Source: Phycisphaerales bacterium
Lineage (GTDB): Bacteria; Planctomycetota; Phycisphaerae; WQYP01
DNA: 57,903 nt
Direction: 5' to 3'
Assembly: GCA_027451365.1 (NCBI GenBank)
Contig: DAIDJN010000051.1
Coordinates: 1 to 57,903, forward strand
The position numbers and the translations under genes are program-made. The notes beneath the pieces were generated by a model. It ran no database searches, was not told the DNA's origin, and was given only the letters and a program-made list of their open reading frames with translations. Shown here in pieces: positions 1-9,939 of the stretch. How positions within the stretch are numbered: the stretch's first letter is position 1; each line of letters begins with the position of its first letter.

Positions 1-141
1 CCAGAGCCTCTTTACGGGTGCTGGTCGCCGCCATGATTGTTCCTCCTTGAACAGTTTAGACAACTCCCAAACCACGTCCTGTGGTCTGGTTCCTTCCTAT
101 CTTACCCACACTTATCCGGTTGCAGAAACTGTCACAGGCCC
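1..141 (-). mobile_element. Possible left end of an insertion sequence (IS256-like), with a gene start running off the window edge
   Basis: Minus strand from 141 reads GGGCCTGTGACAGTTTCTGCAACC, which resembles IS256-family GGGnCTGT terminal repeats. It is followed by AAGGAGG and an ATG at 34 (MAATSTRKEAL...). Only 11 codons are visible. Confidence 0.35.
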
Positions 142-168
142 TGGAGCCAGAATGAACTTGCCCTGTAT

Positions 169-197
169 TTGACTATATTTGATTGCGCGTATATAGT
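169..197 (+). promoter_or_regulatory. sigma70-type promoter of arsR with overlapping inverted repeat (putative ArsR operator)
   Basis: TTGACT(169-174)-N17-TATAGT(192-197); ACTATAT-N12-ATATAGT dyad at 172-197. Confidence 0.65.
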
Positions 198-203
198 GAG
201 AAT

Positions 204-599
204 ATGAAGACGCGGGAAACAGCTACTGTCACTCCACCCGGGATGAACGTTAAAGCGGTCAACCTGATGTTTCGCGCTTTTTCCGATCATACCCGCCTGC
301 GAATACTCAATTTACTTGCGCAGGGTGAGCTTTGCGTGTGTGATATTACCGCCATCCTGGACCAATCCCAGCCCAAAGTCTCCCGCCACCTTGCCTATCT
401 GCGGCGCGCCGGGCTGGTGCGGGCGCGGCGCGAAGGCCTGTGGATGCACTATTATCTGGCCCCGGCAAACCATGCATTTCATAAGAATCTTCTCCATTGC
501 CTGGACTGCTGCTTTACGGATGTGCCGGAACTTTCACGCGACCGTGCCACGCTTGATCAGCGCGGATGTTGCAACGGGACAAAGGAACGATGCAAATGA
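204..599 (+). CDS. arsR: ArsR/SmtB family As(III)-responsive repressor
   Basis: FRAFSDHTRLRIL, ELCVCD, SQPKVSRHLAYLRRAGLV winged-HTH motifs; C-terminal Cys pairs; heads the ars operon. ATG at 204 preferred (243 is an alternative). Confidence 0.95.
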   Translation: MKTRETATVTPPGMNVKAVNLMFRAFSDHTRLRILNLLAQGELCVCDITAILDQSQPKVSRHLAYLRRAGLVRARREGLWMHYYLAPANHAFHKNLLHCLDCCFTDVPELSRDRATLDQRGCCNGTKERCK

Positions 600-618
600 C
601 ATCCATTTTTTTCAGCAA

Positions 619-640
619 TATATACGCCTTTGTTAATATA
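619..640. promoter_or_regulatory. Second putative ArsR operator upstream of arsC
   Basis: TATATACGC-N7-AATATA is the reverse complement of TATATT-N7-GCGTATATA at 174-195 in the arsR promoter. Confidence 0.55.
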
Positions 641-715
641 CGGCATTCCATATTTATATTCTGTCGCAGCCAGATACCGGACGGGACCGCAACGACTTGA
701 ACGGAGAACATCACC

Positions 716-1225
716 ATGAACGGCAAACTGAACGTACTTTTCCTGTGCACCGGCAATTCATGCCGCAGCCAGATGGCTGAAGGCTGGGCGCGAAAGCTCA
801 AGGCTGACGTATTGATCGCATATTCCGCCGGCATTGAAACCCATGGACTGAATCCCAATGCGGTCAAGGTCATGGCCGAAGCGGGAGTCGATATATCCGG
901 GCATAAGTCCAAAACCGCCGGGGATCTGCGTGACGTTCCATTTGATTTTGTGGTTACCGTCTGCGGCCATGCCAATGAAACCTGCCCGGCGTGGCTCGGC
1001 TCGAAAGCCAAAGTGGTGCACGTAGGTTTTGATGATCCACCCAAACTGGCAAAAACCGCCAAAACCCCGGAAGAGGCACTTGAGCATTATCGGCGAGTGC
1101 GGGATCAAATCAAGGCCTTTGTGGAATCGCTGCCGCATTCGCTGCAACCTTCCAGCGAAGAATTCACTCCCGCATTTTCCAGTGATTCTTCCAAGCGGAT
1201 ATTGTCGGCGGGAGCCGAAACATGA
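716..1225 (+). CDS. arsC: Arsenate reductase, thioredoxin-coupled LMW-PTPase type
   Basis: [18 protein letters not shown]-loop, [11 protein letters not shown] redox cysteines, FDDP motif. Confidence 0.95.
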   Translation: MNGKLNVLFLCTGNSCRSQMAEGWARKLKADVLIAYSAGIETHGLNPNAVKVMAEAGVDISGHKSKTAGDLRDVPFDFVVTVCGHANETCPAWLGSKAKVVHVGFDDPPKLAKTAKTPEEALEHYRRVRDQIKAFVESLPHSLQPSSEEFTPAFSSDSSKRILSAGAET

Positions 1226-2352
1226 GCGATACAACCAGAAGATTATCGTTCCTGGACCGTTATTTAACCCTTTGGATTTTCCTGGCAATGGGTGCGGGCC
1301 TTGGATTGGGTTACGCCTGGCATAGTCTGCCGGCGACCATGGCCCATTTTGAATTCGGCACCACCAATCTGCCGATCGCAATCGGCCTGATTCTGATGAT
1401 GTATCCGCCACTGGCAAAAGTCCGCTACGAAGAGCTTGGTAAAGTGTTTCGCAACACCCGCGTGCTGGGGCTTTCCCTTTTTCAGAACTGGGTCATTGGC
1501 CCGCTGCTGATGTTTGGACTGGCGATTCTGTTTCTTCGCGCCCATCCGCTTTTTATGGTGGGTCTGATTCTGATTGGTCTGGCCCGCTGTATTGCGATGG
1601 TGATTGTATGGAATGATCTGGCCAACGGAAATACGGATTATGCCGCGGGTCTGGTGGCCTTTAACAGTATTTTTCAGGTTGTATTTTACAGTTTGTATGC
1701 GTGGGTGTTTATCAAAATATTGCCGCCGCTGCTGGGCCTGCATCTTGGAAATGTGGACTTGGCGGCCATTTCTATTTTAAGTATTGCCCGCAGCGTGCTG
1801 ATGTATCTGGGGATTCCGTTTCTGGCCGGGATGGCCACGCGTTATATTCTTTTAAAAATCCGCGGCCGGAACTGGTACGAACACAATTTTATTCCACGCA
1901 TAAGCCCGCTGACACTTGTTGCCCTGCTGCTGACCATTGTGGTTATGTTCGCCCTGCAAGGTCGGCAGATTATCGCCGCACCCGGATCGGTCCTGTTCGT
2001 AGCCATTCCGCTGCTGATTTATTTTGTGGTCATGTTTCTAGTGAGTTTCTGGATGGGGAGGAAAATCGGAGCGGATTATTCACAGACGGTCACAATCTCT
2101 TTTACCGCCGCAAGCAATAATTTTGAACTGGCCATTGCCGTTGCCGTGGCGCTTTTCGGCGTGGCCAGTCCCGTGGCGTTTACCGCGGTCATCGGCCCGC
2201 TGGTGGAAGTCCCCGTCATGATTGGACTGGTGAATGTCGCACTTTTTATGCAAAGGCGCTATTTTCCGGCGGAAACCGCCAAAAGAAGCACTTTGCCAGC
2301 AGAAATCGGCGAAATCGGCTGCCCCGCGGTGGCTTCGCGCCACAAATGCTAA
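1222..2352 (+). CDS. acr3: ACR3 family arsenite efflux transporter
   Basis: [50 protein letters not shown] motifs; ATGA overlap with arsC. Confidence 0.96.
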   Translation: MSDTTRRLSFLDRYLTLWIFLAMGAGLGLGYAWHSLPATMAHFEFGTTNLPIAIGLILMMYPPLAKVRYEELGKVFRNTRVLGLSLFQNWVIGPLLMFGLAILFLRAHPLFMVGLILIGLARCIAMVIVWNDLANGNTDYAAGLVAFNSIFQVVFYSLYAWVFIKILPPLLGLHLGNVDLAAISILSIARSVLMYLGIPFLAGMATRYILLKIRGRNWYEHNFIPRISPLTLVALLLTIVVMFALQGRQIIAAPGSVLFVAIPLLIYFVVMFLVSFWMGRKIGADYSQTVTISFTAASNNFELAIAVAVALFGVASPVAFTAVIGPLVEVPVMIGLVNVALFMQRRYFPAETAKRSTLPAEIGEIGCPAVASRHKC

Positions 2353-2394
2353 GTCGCTTGGGATTGCCGCGTTATATTGCAAAGGAGCCTCCTG

Positions 2395-3330
2395 ATGACC
2401 GGAAACCAGCCTATTGAACAAACCATTCAAGACCGCTACGCCCAGGTGGCGCGCAGCACGCTTTCCAGCCACCATGCCGGGGTGGCATCGGTCGCACAAG
2501 CTTTTAGCTATTCGGAGGAAGAGTTACATTCAATTCCTGCCGAAGCCAACATGGGGCTTTCCTGCGGAAACCCGACAGCCATGGCCAGCCTCCGGCCGGG
2601 CGAAACAGTCGTGGACCTCGGCTGTGGCGGCGGTCTGGATGTGTTTTTGGCGGCACAAAAAGTGGGCCCCGCGGGAAAAGCAATCGGGATAGATATGACA
2701 CCCGCCATGATCGACCGGGCCAACGCAAACGCCGCCAGCGGCGCAGACGGCAAGCCATTTACCAATGTAGCGTTTCATCTGGCACATATTGACGCACTGC
2801 CGCTGCCCGCCAATAGCGTGGACTGTGTGATTTCTAATTGCGTCATCAACCTCGCTCCAGATAAACCGACTGTTTTTCGTGAAATCGCCCGCGTGCTAAA
2901 GCCGGGCGGACGGGTGGCGGTCAGCGATATTGCCCTGAAAAAGCCGTTGCCGGATGAGCTTGCCCGCAATATTTCCGCATGGGTAGGCTGTATTTCCGGA
3001 GCAATTGCGATTGAAGATTATCGCCAGGGACTTCGGGCAGCCGGCTTTTCCCAAGTGGAAATTGTAGACAGTCAGACCGATCTGAACGCCTATGGTGCGG
3101 TGGGAAAACAATCGGTCTGCTGTTCTCCGGCGATGGAAAATGCCGAAGACCACACCGCCCCGATAAGGGCCACGACCGTCGGCGCACTAAATGTTCTGGA
3201 AACCAACTGCTGTGGACAAGCCACTTCGGAGGAAACTGGCGTACATGATGATCTGGCCACGCTGGCGAAAAAATATGACCTAAATGAATATGCCGCCAGT
3301 GTGAAGGTTTTTGCGGTTAAACCGGGCTGA
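2395..3330 (+). CDS. arsM: Arsenite S-adenosylmethionine methyltransferase
   Basis: [21 protein letters not shown]-binding motif, [24 protein letters not shown] before ATG 2395. Confidence 0.93.
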   Translation: MTGNQPIEQTIQDRYAQVARSTLSSHHAGVASVAQAFSYSEEELHSIPAEANMGLSCGNPTAMASLRPGETVVDLGCGGGLDVFLAAQKVGPAGKAIGIDMTPAMIDRANANAASGADGKPFTNVAFHLAHIDALPLPANSVDCVISNCVINLAPDKPTVFREIARVLKPGGRVAVSDIALKKPLPDELARNISAWVGCISGAIAIEDYRQGLRAAGFSQVEIVDSQTDLNAYGAVGKQSVCCSPAMENAEDHTAPIRATTVGALNVLETNCCGQATSEETGVHDDLATLAKKYDLNEYAASVKVFAVKPG

Positions 3331-3379
3331 GCCTGCCGGCGCTTTACCAACGGAAAAGCCAGGGGCAAGGCACTCTGGG

Positions 3380-4267
3380 TTATTCAACCGGGACGCGACA
3401 TGCCAGCGACGATTGGAGTCCGCAATCGGATGCGCGAATTGCCGTTTCCACCGCGCGAACCAGTTGAGCGCGGTCGGAGGCAATTCGGTCCTGCGGTCGC
3501 AGACGACTTTCCAGAATTGCCTGCCGCATATCCGCAATCGCAGCGGACACAGATTTTCCGGCGACGTCCGCCAGAAAACTGCGGCGAAGAAAGCAGAAAG
3601 ACGTGTGAAGACGGGCCATTTCCGCCATCAGCAGACGACAGGGAATCGGACAGCCAAGATCCGGCAACGTCAGGCCGCCAAACCCAAAGGCACAATTGAA
3701 CTTTTCTCTTACCTGATCCAGCAGACCATCAATCAGCGGCTCAAAAATATTACGAGACTTCCGCTGAATAGCCAGGTCATTTAATCCCACATACACGCGG
3801 CGCAACGGCAACTGACTTAATTCAGCCGCCCGTGCAACAGCGCTGAGCGTTTCGACCAGAATTCCAAGTGCCGCCCGACCATTAACCAAGTCTATCGTCG
3901 CCTTTACCTGATCAACGGAATTCACCATCGGCAACAGAATTTCATCTGCGCCAGCATGAATAGCCTGTTCAATTTCCAAGGCCGTGCTGGAATTAAATCC
4001 GTTGATTCTTACAATAATCCGCGCCGTTGTGACCTTGCGTATCCGCACAAGATCGGCAAGCGAATCGTTGTTAATTTGGGTGTTCGCGCCGCGCTGACGC
4101 TCCGGCTTGCCGCGGAATTCCCAGTCCACTACAACGCCGTCAACTCCGGCGTCTGCCGCCCGCCGGACCATATCCGTACATGTCGAAAACAGCAAAAACT
4201 CAAACCGGCCATGTGGCGGCGGGCAGCCCATGCGGACCGTGGACTCAACACCGTTCCCGTTAACCAT
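3380..4267 (-). CDS. HpcH/HpaI aldolase / citrate lyase beta-like TIM-barrel protein
   Basis: AGVDGVVVDWE, IVRIN, GADEILLPM, ILVET, YVGLNDL motifs; start uncertain (4267 follows the GT2 stop). Confidence 0.75.
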   Translation of the reverse strand: MVNGNGVESTVRMGCPPPHGRFEFLLFSTCTDMVRRAADAGVDGVVVDWEFRGKPERQRGANTQINNDSLADLVRIRKVTTARIIVRINGFNSSTALEIEQAIHAGADEILLPMVNSVDQVKATIDLVNGRAALGILVETLSAVARAAELSQLPLRRVYVGLNDLAIQRKSRNIFEPLIDGLLDQVREKFNCAFGFGGLTLPDLGCPIPCRLLMAEMARLHTSFCFLRRSFLADVAGKSVSAAIADMRQAILESRLRPQDRIASDRAQLVRAVETAIRASDCGLQSSLACRVPVE

Positions 4268-4277
4268 CGGCACAGCC

Positions 4278-5225
4278 CTAACCTTTCCCGGCGCGCCGCG
4301 CTTGCAGCAGCATGCAATATGCTCGCGGGTCGCCAGGCCAAAGGCGAATCGCGCCAAGCAGCGTCGAATAGGCCAACGGCGCTTGTTCCGCCGTCATCAT
4401 CTGAAGGCGAGCAGTCTCACGGAGCCATCGGGCCTGCCGGCGCCGCAGAAGGCCGCGAAGGTCCGGCCGAAGCGACGCCGCCCAACATGCCGTTTTTTCC
4501 ATTACCCGTAGCGAACCATTGACCATCATCAGGCTTTGGCGCGACCATTGGCTGGCATGTTTACGATACAGCGTCATGACTCGTGTATCGGATAGAATCG
4601 GCCCCGCGGCCGCGGCGCGAATCCACATATCCCAGTCCGCGGCGCCGCGAATGGTCTCGTCGAAGCCTCCGGTCTGATCAAGTGCGGAGCGGCGCATCAT
4701 CACCTGCGAGGGACAATGTATAATATTGCGATATATCAGCTGTTTCAGCGGATCGCGGCCCGTGACCCATGGGGCGTGCTGACGTTCCAGAGGCCTCCTC
4801 CCGGCATCCACCAACTGATAGTGACCAAAAGTTAATACCGCATCCGGATTGTCTTCCAGAATCGCCACCTGCCATGCCAGCTTTTCCGGAATCCAAATAT
4901 CATCCTGATCCAGAAATGCGAGGTATTTTCCGCTCGCCGCAGCAATCGCAACATTACGGTTCACTGCCGCGATCGCCCGCCGATGGGGATGCACCAGCAG
5001 TTTTGCCTTTACCGGCAGTTGATATTGACAGGTAAATTCCGGGCCGGATGCATCGTCGACCACGATAATTTCCAGATTCTTCCAGGTCTGGGCCTGCACA
5101 CTTTGCAAAGCTTCATTCAGAAACGCCGGCTGCTGGAATGCTGACATCAGCACCGACACCAGCGGCTGCGAACCTGCCATAACTGACTTGCATACATCCA
5201 TTGCTGTGGCCCATTTCAATCGCAA
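4278..5225 (-). CDS. Glycosyltransferase family 2
   Basis: VSVLM, EIIVVDDAS, RNVAIAAASGKYLAFLDQDD (DxD), GGFDE...ADWDMW; true start may be ~5201 or ~5180. Confidence 0.9.
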   Translation of the reverse strand: MRLKWATAMDVCKSVMAGSQPLVSVLMSAFQQPAFLNEALQSVQAQTWKNLEIIVVDDASGPEFTCQYQLPVKAKLLVHPHRRAIAAVNRNVAIAAASGKYLAFLDQDDIWIPEKLAWQVAILEDNPDAVLTFGHYQLVDAGRRPLERQHAPWVTGRDPLKQLIYRNIIHCPSQVMMRRSALDQTGGFDETIRGAADWDMWIRAAAAGPILSDTRVMTLYRKHASQWSRQSLMMVNGSLRVMEKTACWAASLRPDLRGLLRRRQARWLRETARLQMMTAEQAPLAYSTLLGAIRLWPGDPRAYCMLLQARRAGKG

Positions 5226-5446
5226 TCAATTGAATGCGCGGCATCGCACCGCCGACCGACAAATATACCGCCATTTAATTGTCTAGATTATAAAGGCAAT
5301 TGCCCGCACGCTCAATCCGCGAGACATTGGAATTGAATTGGATATCGGTTTCGGGCACGCGCCGCAGGCGATCCGATCTGACAGCAAGCGGCCAAATTCG
5401 GTAAACCGAACAGTTTGCACCGGAAACGCCTCGGCCGGTACGACCC

Positions 5447-5893
5447 TTAAGCTTCAGCCACTGCGCGGCGTTGAGATTTTCGCTGGGAATTGATCCGTTT
5501 AGATTCTACACGGCGGGTCTTGCTGGCACGGCTGGGCTTGGTTTTGCGTCGGATTTTCGGTTCCACAAGAGCTTCGGCAATCAGTTCGCGCAGCTTTTCC
5601 ACGCACGCGCGACGATTCGCCTCCTGCGTCCGCTGATTCCCGCTGACCAGCAGAAGATGGCCCAGCGCGTCGATTCGCCGACCCGCCAAAGCCAGCAGGC
5701 GCTGCATCGCCCGTCCGGAAAGACCGTGGAGGTCCTCGGGGCGCACTCGCAATTCGGTTTTGGTATTGACCTTGTTGACATTCTGCCCACCGGGTCCGCT
5801 GGACCGGGAGAAGCCGAAATTCAGGTGGGCCTTGTCGACCCAGACGCCCGGCCCCAGCGTAATGCCGGGCAAATATGATACTGCATCACTCAT
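5447..5893 (-). CDS. arfB: Alternative ribosome rescue peptidyl-tRNA hydrolase ArfB (YaeJ)
   Basis: FSRSSGPGGQNVNKVNTK (GGQ), RTQEANR, and the basic tail KIRRKTKPSRASKTRRVESKR. Confidence 0.93.
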   Translation of the reverse strand: MSDAVSYLPGITLGPGVWVDKAHLNFGFSRSSGPGGQNVNKVNTKTELRVRPEDLHGLSGRAMQRLLALAGRRIDALGHLLLVSGNQRTQEANRRACVEKLRELIAEALVEPKIRRKTKPSRASKTRRVESKRINSQRKSQRRAVAEA

Positions 5894-5900
5894 AGTTCTT

Positions 5901-5909
5901 ATTATAACA
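5901..5909 (-). promoter_or_regulatory. Extended -10 promoter (TGtTATAAT) 7 nt before the arfB ATG
   Basis: Minus strand reads TGTTATAAT-aagaact-ATG, with no Shine-Dalgarno. Confidence 0.6.
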
Positions 5910-6136
5910 TAGAACGGGCGTTTAAGCGCAATTCCGGAAAAATCGGCTATTTGACCGACCGCCAACAGTCGGAATGGGGCGCAGTCCATGCCGAAAAAGC
6001 GGATAAGCGATAGATGGCCACGGGCATCTTTCACCGAGCCGGATGGTCTTTCCGGAATCCGGTGGCGCAAAACCTGAAAAGCTATACAATCAGAGGCTGG
6101 ATTGAGATGCGTTGGATACCAGAAAGGCTTGAATTC

Positions 6137-6871
6137 ATGATTGATGTCGTATTGCTTCCCGCGAATATAGACCCGTTTGTTCTGCCCCGTGCACAGGTGG
6201 CGGTTCTGGATGTGCTGCGGGCCAGCAGTTCGGTGGTCACTGCCTTGGCCAATGGGGCCACACAAGTGCGGTTGTTTGATACACCAGAACAGGTTCTGAA
6301 GGCGCGCCAAGGGTTTGTCGGCCCGGTTAAAACAGCTGGCGAGCGCAGTTGCGTTAAAATACCAAGCTTTGACCTGGGCAACTCTCCGGCTGAATTTGAA
6401 ACGCATCAGATTGGCGGATCAACAGTGCTGATGAGTACCACCAACGGCACGCGGGCCGCGGCCGCCGCGATGGCCGCGGAGCAGATGTTTATTTGTGGAT
6501 TGTTAAACGCCGGTGCCACAGCCCAGGCGCTGCTGCCCCGGATTGATGAACTTGACACCCTGCTGGTTCTGGCGGGAACGGACGGAAAGCCCGCCCTGGA
6601 AGACCTTCTGGGTGCCGGGGCGGTATTGTGGCATATTTTGGGCGGTACACTTCGTCCGAACCTGCCATTTACCGATACCGCCTGGATGGCGTATCACGCT
6701 TTTTCCGCGGTGCGCAGCCGTTTGAAACCGGCTTTACGCCTTGGTGCCGGTGGCGTTCATTTGATTGAAAACGGCTTTGAAGATGATATTGACCTGTGCG
6801 CGGAACTGGATGCCAAACCGATTGTCGCACTGGTGGAAAAAGGAACGCTGAACGTTACCAGCGCGTCTTAA
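6137..6871 (+). CDS. comB: 2-phosphosulfolactate phosphatase family protein
   Basis: VAVLDVLRASS, AGER, FDLGNSP, MSTTNGT, EDLLGAG motifs. Confidence 0.88.
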   Translation: MIDVVLLPANIDPFVLPRAQVAVLDVLRASSSVVTALANGATQVRLFDTPEQVLKARQGFVGPVKTAGERSCVKIPSFDLGNSPAEFETHQIGGSTVLMSTTNGTRAAAAAMAAEQMFICGLLNAGATAQALLPRIDELDTLLVLAGTDGKPALEDLLGAGAVLWHILGGTLRPNLPFTDTAWMAYHAFSAVRSRLKPALRLGAGGVHLIENGFEDDIDLCAELDAKPIVALVEKGTLNVTSAS

Positions 6872-6918
6872 CAGGATTCCACTGATCATGGAAACCGACA
6901 CATCTGGAGGCCGCCCGA

Positions 6919-7488
6919 TTGAAAGAAGCGGACACATCTTCGTCACGCGGTAAGCCAGTGGCACACGACGAATCGCGCCCGATTGCCGCGATTGTCCTGC
7001 TTTGCGTGGCTCTGGGCGGTGTGTATGGAATATTGCATGACCAGATTACCGCCCGTATCTGCCCAGCCTATTTCACGCTGGACCATCCATCGCTCGGGCT
7101 GCCGGGGTTGTTCCATAATCCAAACCCCACGGTGCTTGGCCTGGCTTGGGGCGTGGTGGCAACCGCTCCACTGGCGACTATCCTTGGAATTGGAGTGGCC
7201 TGTGCGGCCCGCTTCGGTTCATGGCCAAAAGCGAGTTGGCGCGAGCTTCTGATGCCGTTGATTCTGGGACTTTGCGCAATGGGATTCTCCGCCACGCTGG
7301 CGGGAATTTGGGCATTCCACACCGCCCGCAGCCATGGCAATCCGCTATCCGTGGCCCGTGAATATGCCGTTTGGCGGGCCCATCAGACGTCGTACGCGGG
7401 TGGAACGGCTGTCGCTTTCGGAATAATGATTTTCCTTTTTTTACACCGATATCACCAAAGCCGAACCATCGGCAGACCACATATCTAA
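6919..7488 (+). CDS. Hypothetical membrane protein (about 4 TM)
   Basis: Hydrophobic segments and a YGILHDQITARICPAYFT motif; start uncertain. Confidence 0.7.
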   Translation: MKEADTSSSRGKPVAHDESRPIAAIVLLCVALGGVYGILHDQITARICPAYFTLDHPSLGLPGLFHNPNPTVLGLAWGVVATAPLATILGIGVACAARFGSWPKASWRELLMPLILGLCAMGFSATLAGIWAFHTARSHGNPLSVAREYAVWRAHQTSYAGGTAVAFGIMIFLFLHRYHQSRTIGRPHI

Positions 7489-7503
7489 ATTTCTTTTTGT
7501 CGG

Positions 7504-7532
7504 TTGACAATAAATTCGCTTCATTTTATAAT
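7504..7532 (+). promoter_or_regulatory. Perfect-consensus sigma70 promoter
   Basis: TTGACA(7504-7509)-N17-TATAAT(7527-7532). Confidence 0.85.
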
Positions 7533-7658
7533 GCGAAATCGACGTAGAAATAAAATATGTACGCTTCGGTCGTCATTCCGTTCGTAGATGACCAGCGAAA
7601 GCGATGTCGTTTAACGACAATCTATTCCGGCAAAGAGTCTTTACCACTGGCGGACATA

Positions 7659-7698
7659 AGCGTGGGCGGCGGTCGCCTTCGCGGGTTTTTTCTTTTTT
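7659..7698 (+). terminator. Terminator-like hairpin plus U-tract inside the PL4 5' leader
   Basis: GCGTGGGCGG-cgg-TCGCCTTCGC followed by ggTTTTTTCTTTTTT, ending ~15 nt before ATG 7713. Confidence 0.5.
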
Positions 7699-7712
7699 CA
7701 CGGGGGTATTTC

Positions 7713-9848
7713 ATGAAATTGCGCTTTCCGGTATTTCTTGCCACCGCAGCTCTGGTGTTACAAACTGCGGGTACGGCAATGGCGACACTGTCGATCAACA
7801 CGTCCAATTCCAGTGAATGGACCGCCACCAACGGCGTGATCACTCTGGGTATGACCACCTCCGGTGGCGCCATTAACCAACTTAGCGTCACGATCAATGG
7901 AGCCACCACCAATATTTTCAATACCACCGACAGTTCCGGCCTGCAGCTTTACGGCGAATACGACGGGCCTACCGGCATCATGTACGGCAGCACCACGGCG
8001 AGTTATCACTTCGTTTCCGGTCATTATCTTGATATCTGGACGACTGTCGCCCCTTCCAGCACCAGCGACAATTTCGGTATTCAGACCCACTGGGTGTTGA
8101 CGCCCAATAGCCCCGATCTATATATGTACGTGGTCTTCACGCATTCGGCTTCCGCCCCGGCCACAAACCTCGGCCAAGGACAGTTTATCTTCAAGGCCGG
8201 TGATACTGTTTTTAATTCAATTTATCAGGCCAATACAGGACCGCGAAACCTGGCCACTTTCAACTATACGCTGCCCACGGAATATGCCCAGGGGCAACTC
8301 GTGGCTGGAACACCGGGCCGGCAGGTTCTACCCGAAGTCATTGATTACACCGGTCTTCCTTCACCAGGGAATCCCAATGACCCGCATTTTATTGGCAAAT
8401 ATGACTTTTCCACCTATGAGCAGTACCACGCCGTCACCGGGGAATACACCGGATCACTGGGTGCCAATTCGGTTGCCGCGTGGTTCGTGAATCCCAGCCC
8501 GGAAACCCTGACCAACGGCCCCACTAAACAGAGCATTGTTTCCGGCAGCCCGGTCATTCCGCAGCTTCTGGATGAATTTCTATCCGCCCATTACGGTGGA
8601 GGAGATTATGTTCCGCCGCAGGGGGTAAATTCAACGCGCATTTTCGGGCCTTTTGCGCTGCATTTTAATGCCGTGGATCCGACTACACCGACCCTTGCAT
8701 CCATGTATCAGGACGCGGTAAACAGCGCGGCCAACGACCTTTCTTTCTTCAATTACGAAGGCATTCTGCTTTCCAATGGCTATGTGCCCGATTCCAAACG
8801 CGGCAACCTGCAGCCCTTCATCACCGACACACTGGGCTGGAGCGGCAATGTCAATAACAATGTCGTTGTGTTGTCCGATCCGGGCAAAGATTTCCAGCAG
8901 TCGGCCAATGGCTATCAATACTGGGGATATTTAAGTTCCGCTGGGAATACCACGCTGTACAACGTGGTGCCCGGCACCTATCGACTGACCGCCTATCAGC
9001 CAGGCCAGTGGGGTCAAATGCGGTTGGACAATGTCACGATCACCGCCGGGCAGACCAACGCGCTGCATGGCCTGACGTTCAAGCCGGAAAACTTTGGAAC
9101 CGCCGCGCCCATCTGGACCATTGGCACGCCGGACCATTCCGCCAACGAATTCGAAAATGGCCACAATTCCAGCGGCCAGGACGATCGCCAGTATTCCGGG
9201 GCATACAATTTCTGGCAGGAACTTTCCGCAAATTCCGGCAAGGTGGTGTACTATGCCACTGCGGTGGGAAGCACTCCGGCGACCAACAATCTCAATGTCT
9301 GGCCGGCGAATCAGTGGCAGTATTTTGATCCTGGCCTTTACGCCGGCGTTTACAATTCAAGCGATCAAACAACAGATGGGTATAAATATATTGCTCCATC
9401 TTACGTGGGTAATCCGGCCACGTACACCGGCCAGCCCTGGCAAATTCATTTTACCACCACCGCCGCCCAGCAGGCCCAGGGGCAATATGTGGTGCTTTCC
9501 ATCGCGCTGGCCGCCGCGGAATCAGACCTTATTGTAAATCTCAATGGCCATCAGTTGATCATGAAAGACCCCTACTATATTCGCTCCAGCGATCCGATGA
9601 TTCGCAGTGGCGATGCGGGGTATTATGGCTGGGCGGCCCTCCAATTCCCCACCACTGACCTGAATCCTCCCGGCCAGGACAATGTCATCACCCTTGGGGT
9701 GAATCATACCTGGGGGGTCATGTACGATGCCCTGCGGCTGGAAATCACCAACACATCCGCGGACCCGGCCGTTACCGGCTGGCATGACTATGAATATCTG
9801 TATGGTAACACCGATGAAATGCCCAACGATTCACTGGGCCAGAACTGA
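7713..9848 (+). CDS. Secreted polysaccharide lyase family 4 (rhamnogalacturonan lyase-like)
   Basis: Signal peptide; KYDFS, GPTKQ, HYGG, IFGPF, GYQYW, NVVPGTYRL, IWTIGTPDHSANEF, VMYDALRLE match the RhgB/RhiE three-domain layout. Confidence 0.85.
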   Translation: MKLRFPVFLATAALVLQTAGTAMATLSINTSNSSEWTATNGVITLGMTTSGGAINQLSVTINGATTNIFNTTDSSGLQLYGEYDGPTGIMYGSTTASYHFVSGHYLDIWTTVAPSSTSDNFGIQTHWVLTPNSPDLYMYVVFTHSASAPATNLGQGQFIFKAGDTVFNSIYQANTGPRNLATFNYTLPTEYAQGQLVAGTPGRQVLPEVIDYTGLPSPGNPNDPHFIGKYDFSTYEQYHAVTGEYTGSLGANSVAAWFVNPSPETLTNGPTKQSIVSGSPVIPQLLDEFLSAHYGGGDYVPPQGVNSTRIFGPFALHFNAVDPTTPTLASMYQDAVNSAANDLSFFNYEGILLSNGYVPDSKRGNLQPFITDTLGWSGNVNNNVVVLSDPGKDFQQSANGYQYWGYLSSAGNTTLYNVVPGTYRLTAYQPGQWGQMRLDNVTITAGQTNALHGLTFKPENFGTAAPIWTIGTPDHSANEFENGHNSSGQDDRQYSGAYNFWQELSANSGKVVYYATAVGSTPATNNLNVWPANQWQYFDPGLYAGVYNSSDQTTDGYKYIAPSYVGNPATYTGQPWQIHFTTTAAQQAQGQYVVLSIALAAAESDLIVNLNGHQLIMKDPYYIRSSDPMIRSGDAGYYGWAALQFPTTDLNPPGQDNVITLGVNHTWGVMYDALRLEITNTSADPAVTGWHDYEYLYGNTDEMPNDSLGQN

Positions 9849-9880
9849 TCGCTAGAGTTAAACCGGCTGCTAACTCGCTT

Positions 9881-9914
9881 CCGGGCGGACGGCGCTTCGT
9901 CGCCCTCCGCCCGG
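9881..9914. terminator. GC-rich hairpin after the PL4 gene
   Basis: CCGGGCGGAcGGCG-cttcgt-CGCCcTCCGCCCGG; weak U-tail. Confidence 0.5.
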
Positions 9915-9939
9915 TTCCACGATCTTAATAGCAGGGAGG

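Noticed and set aside
5894..6406. Long N-terminal extension of arfB in the ORF track
   Set aside because: It overlaps divergent comB; ArfB homology and a promoter begin at 5893.
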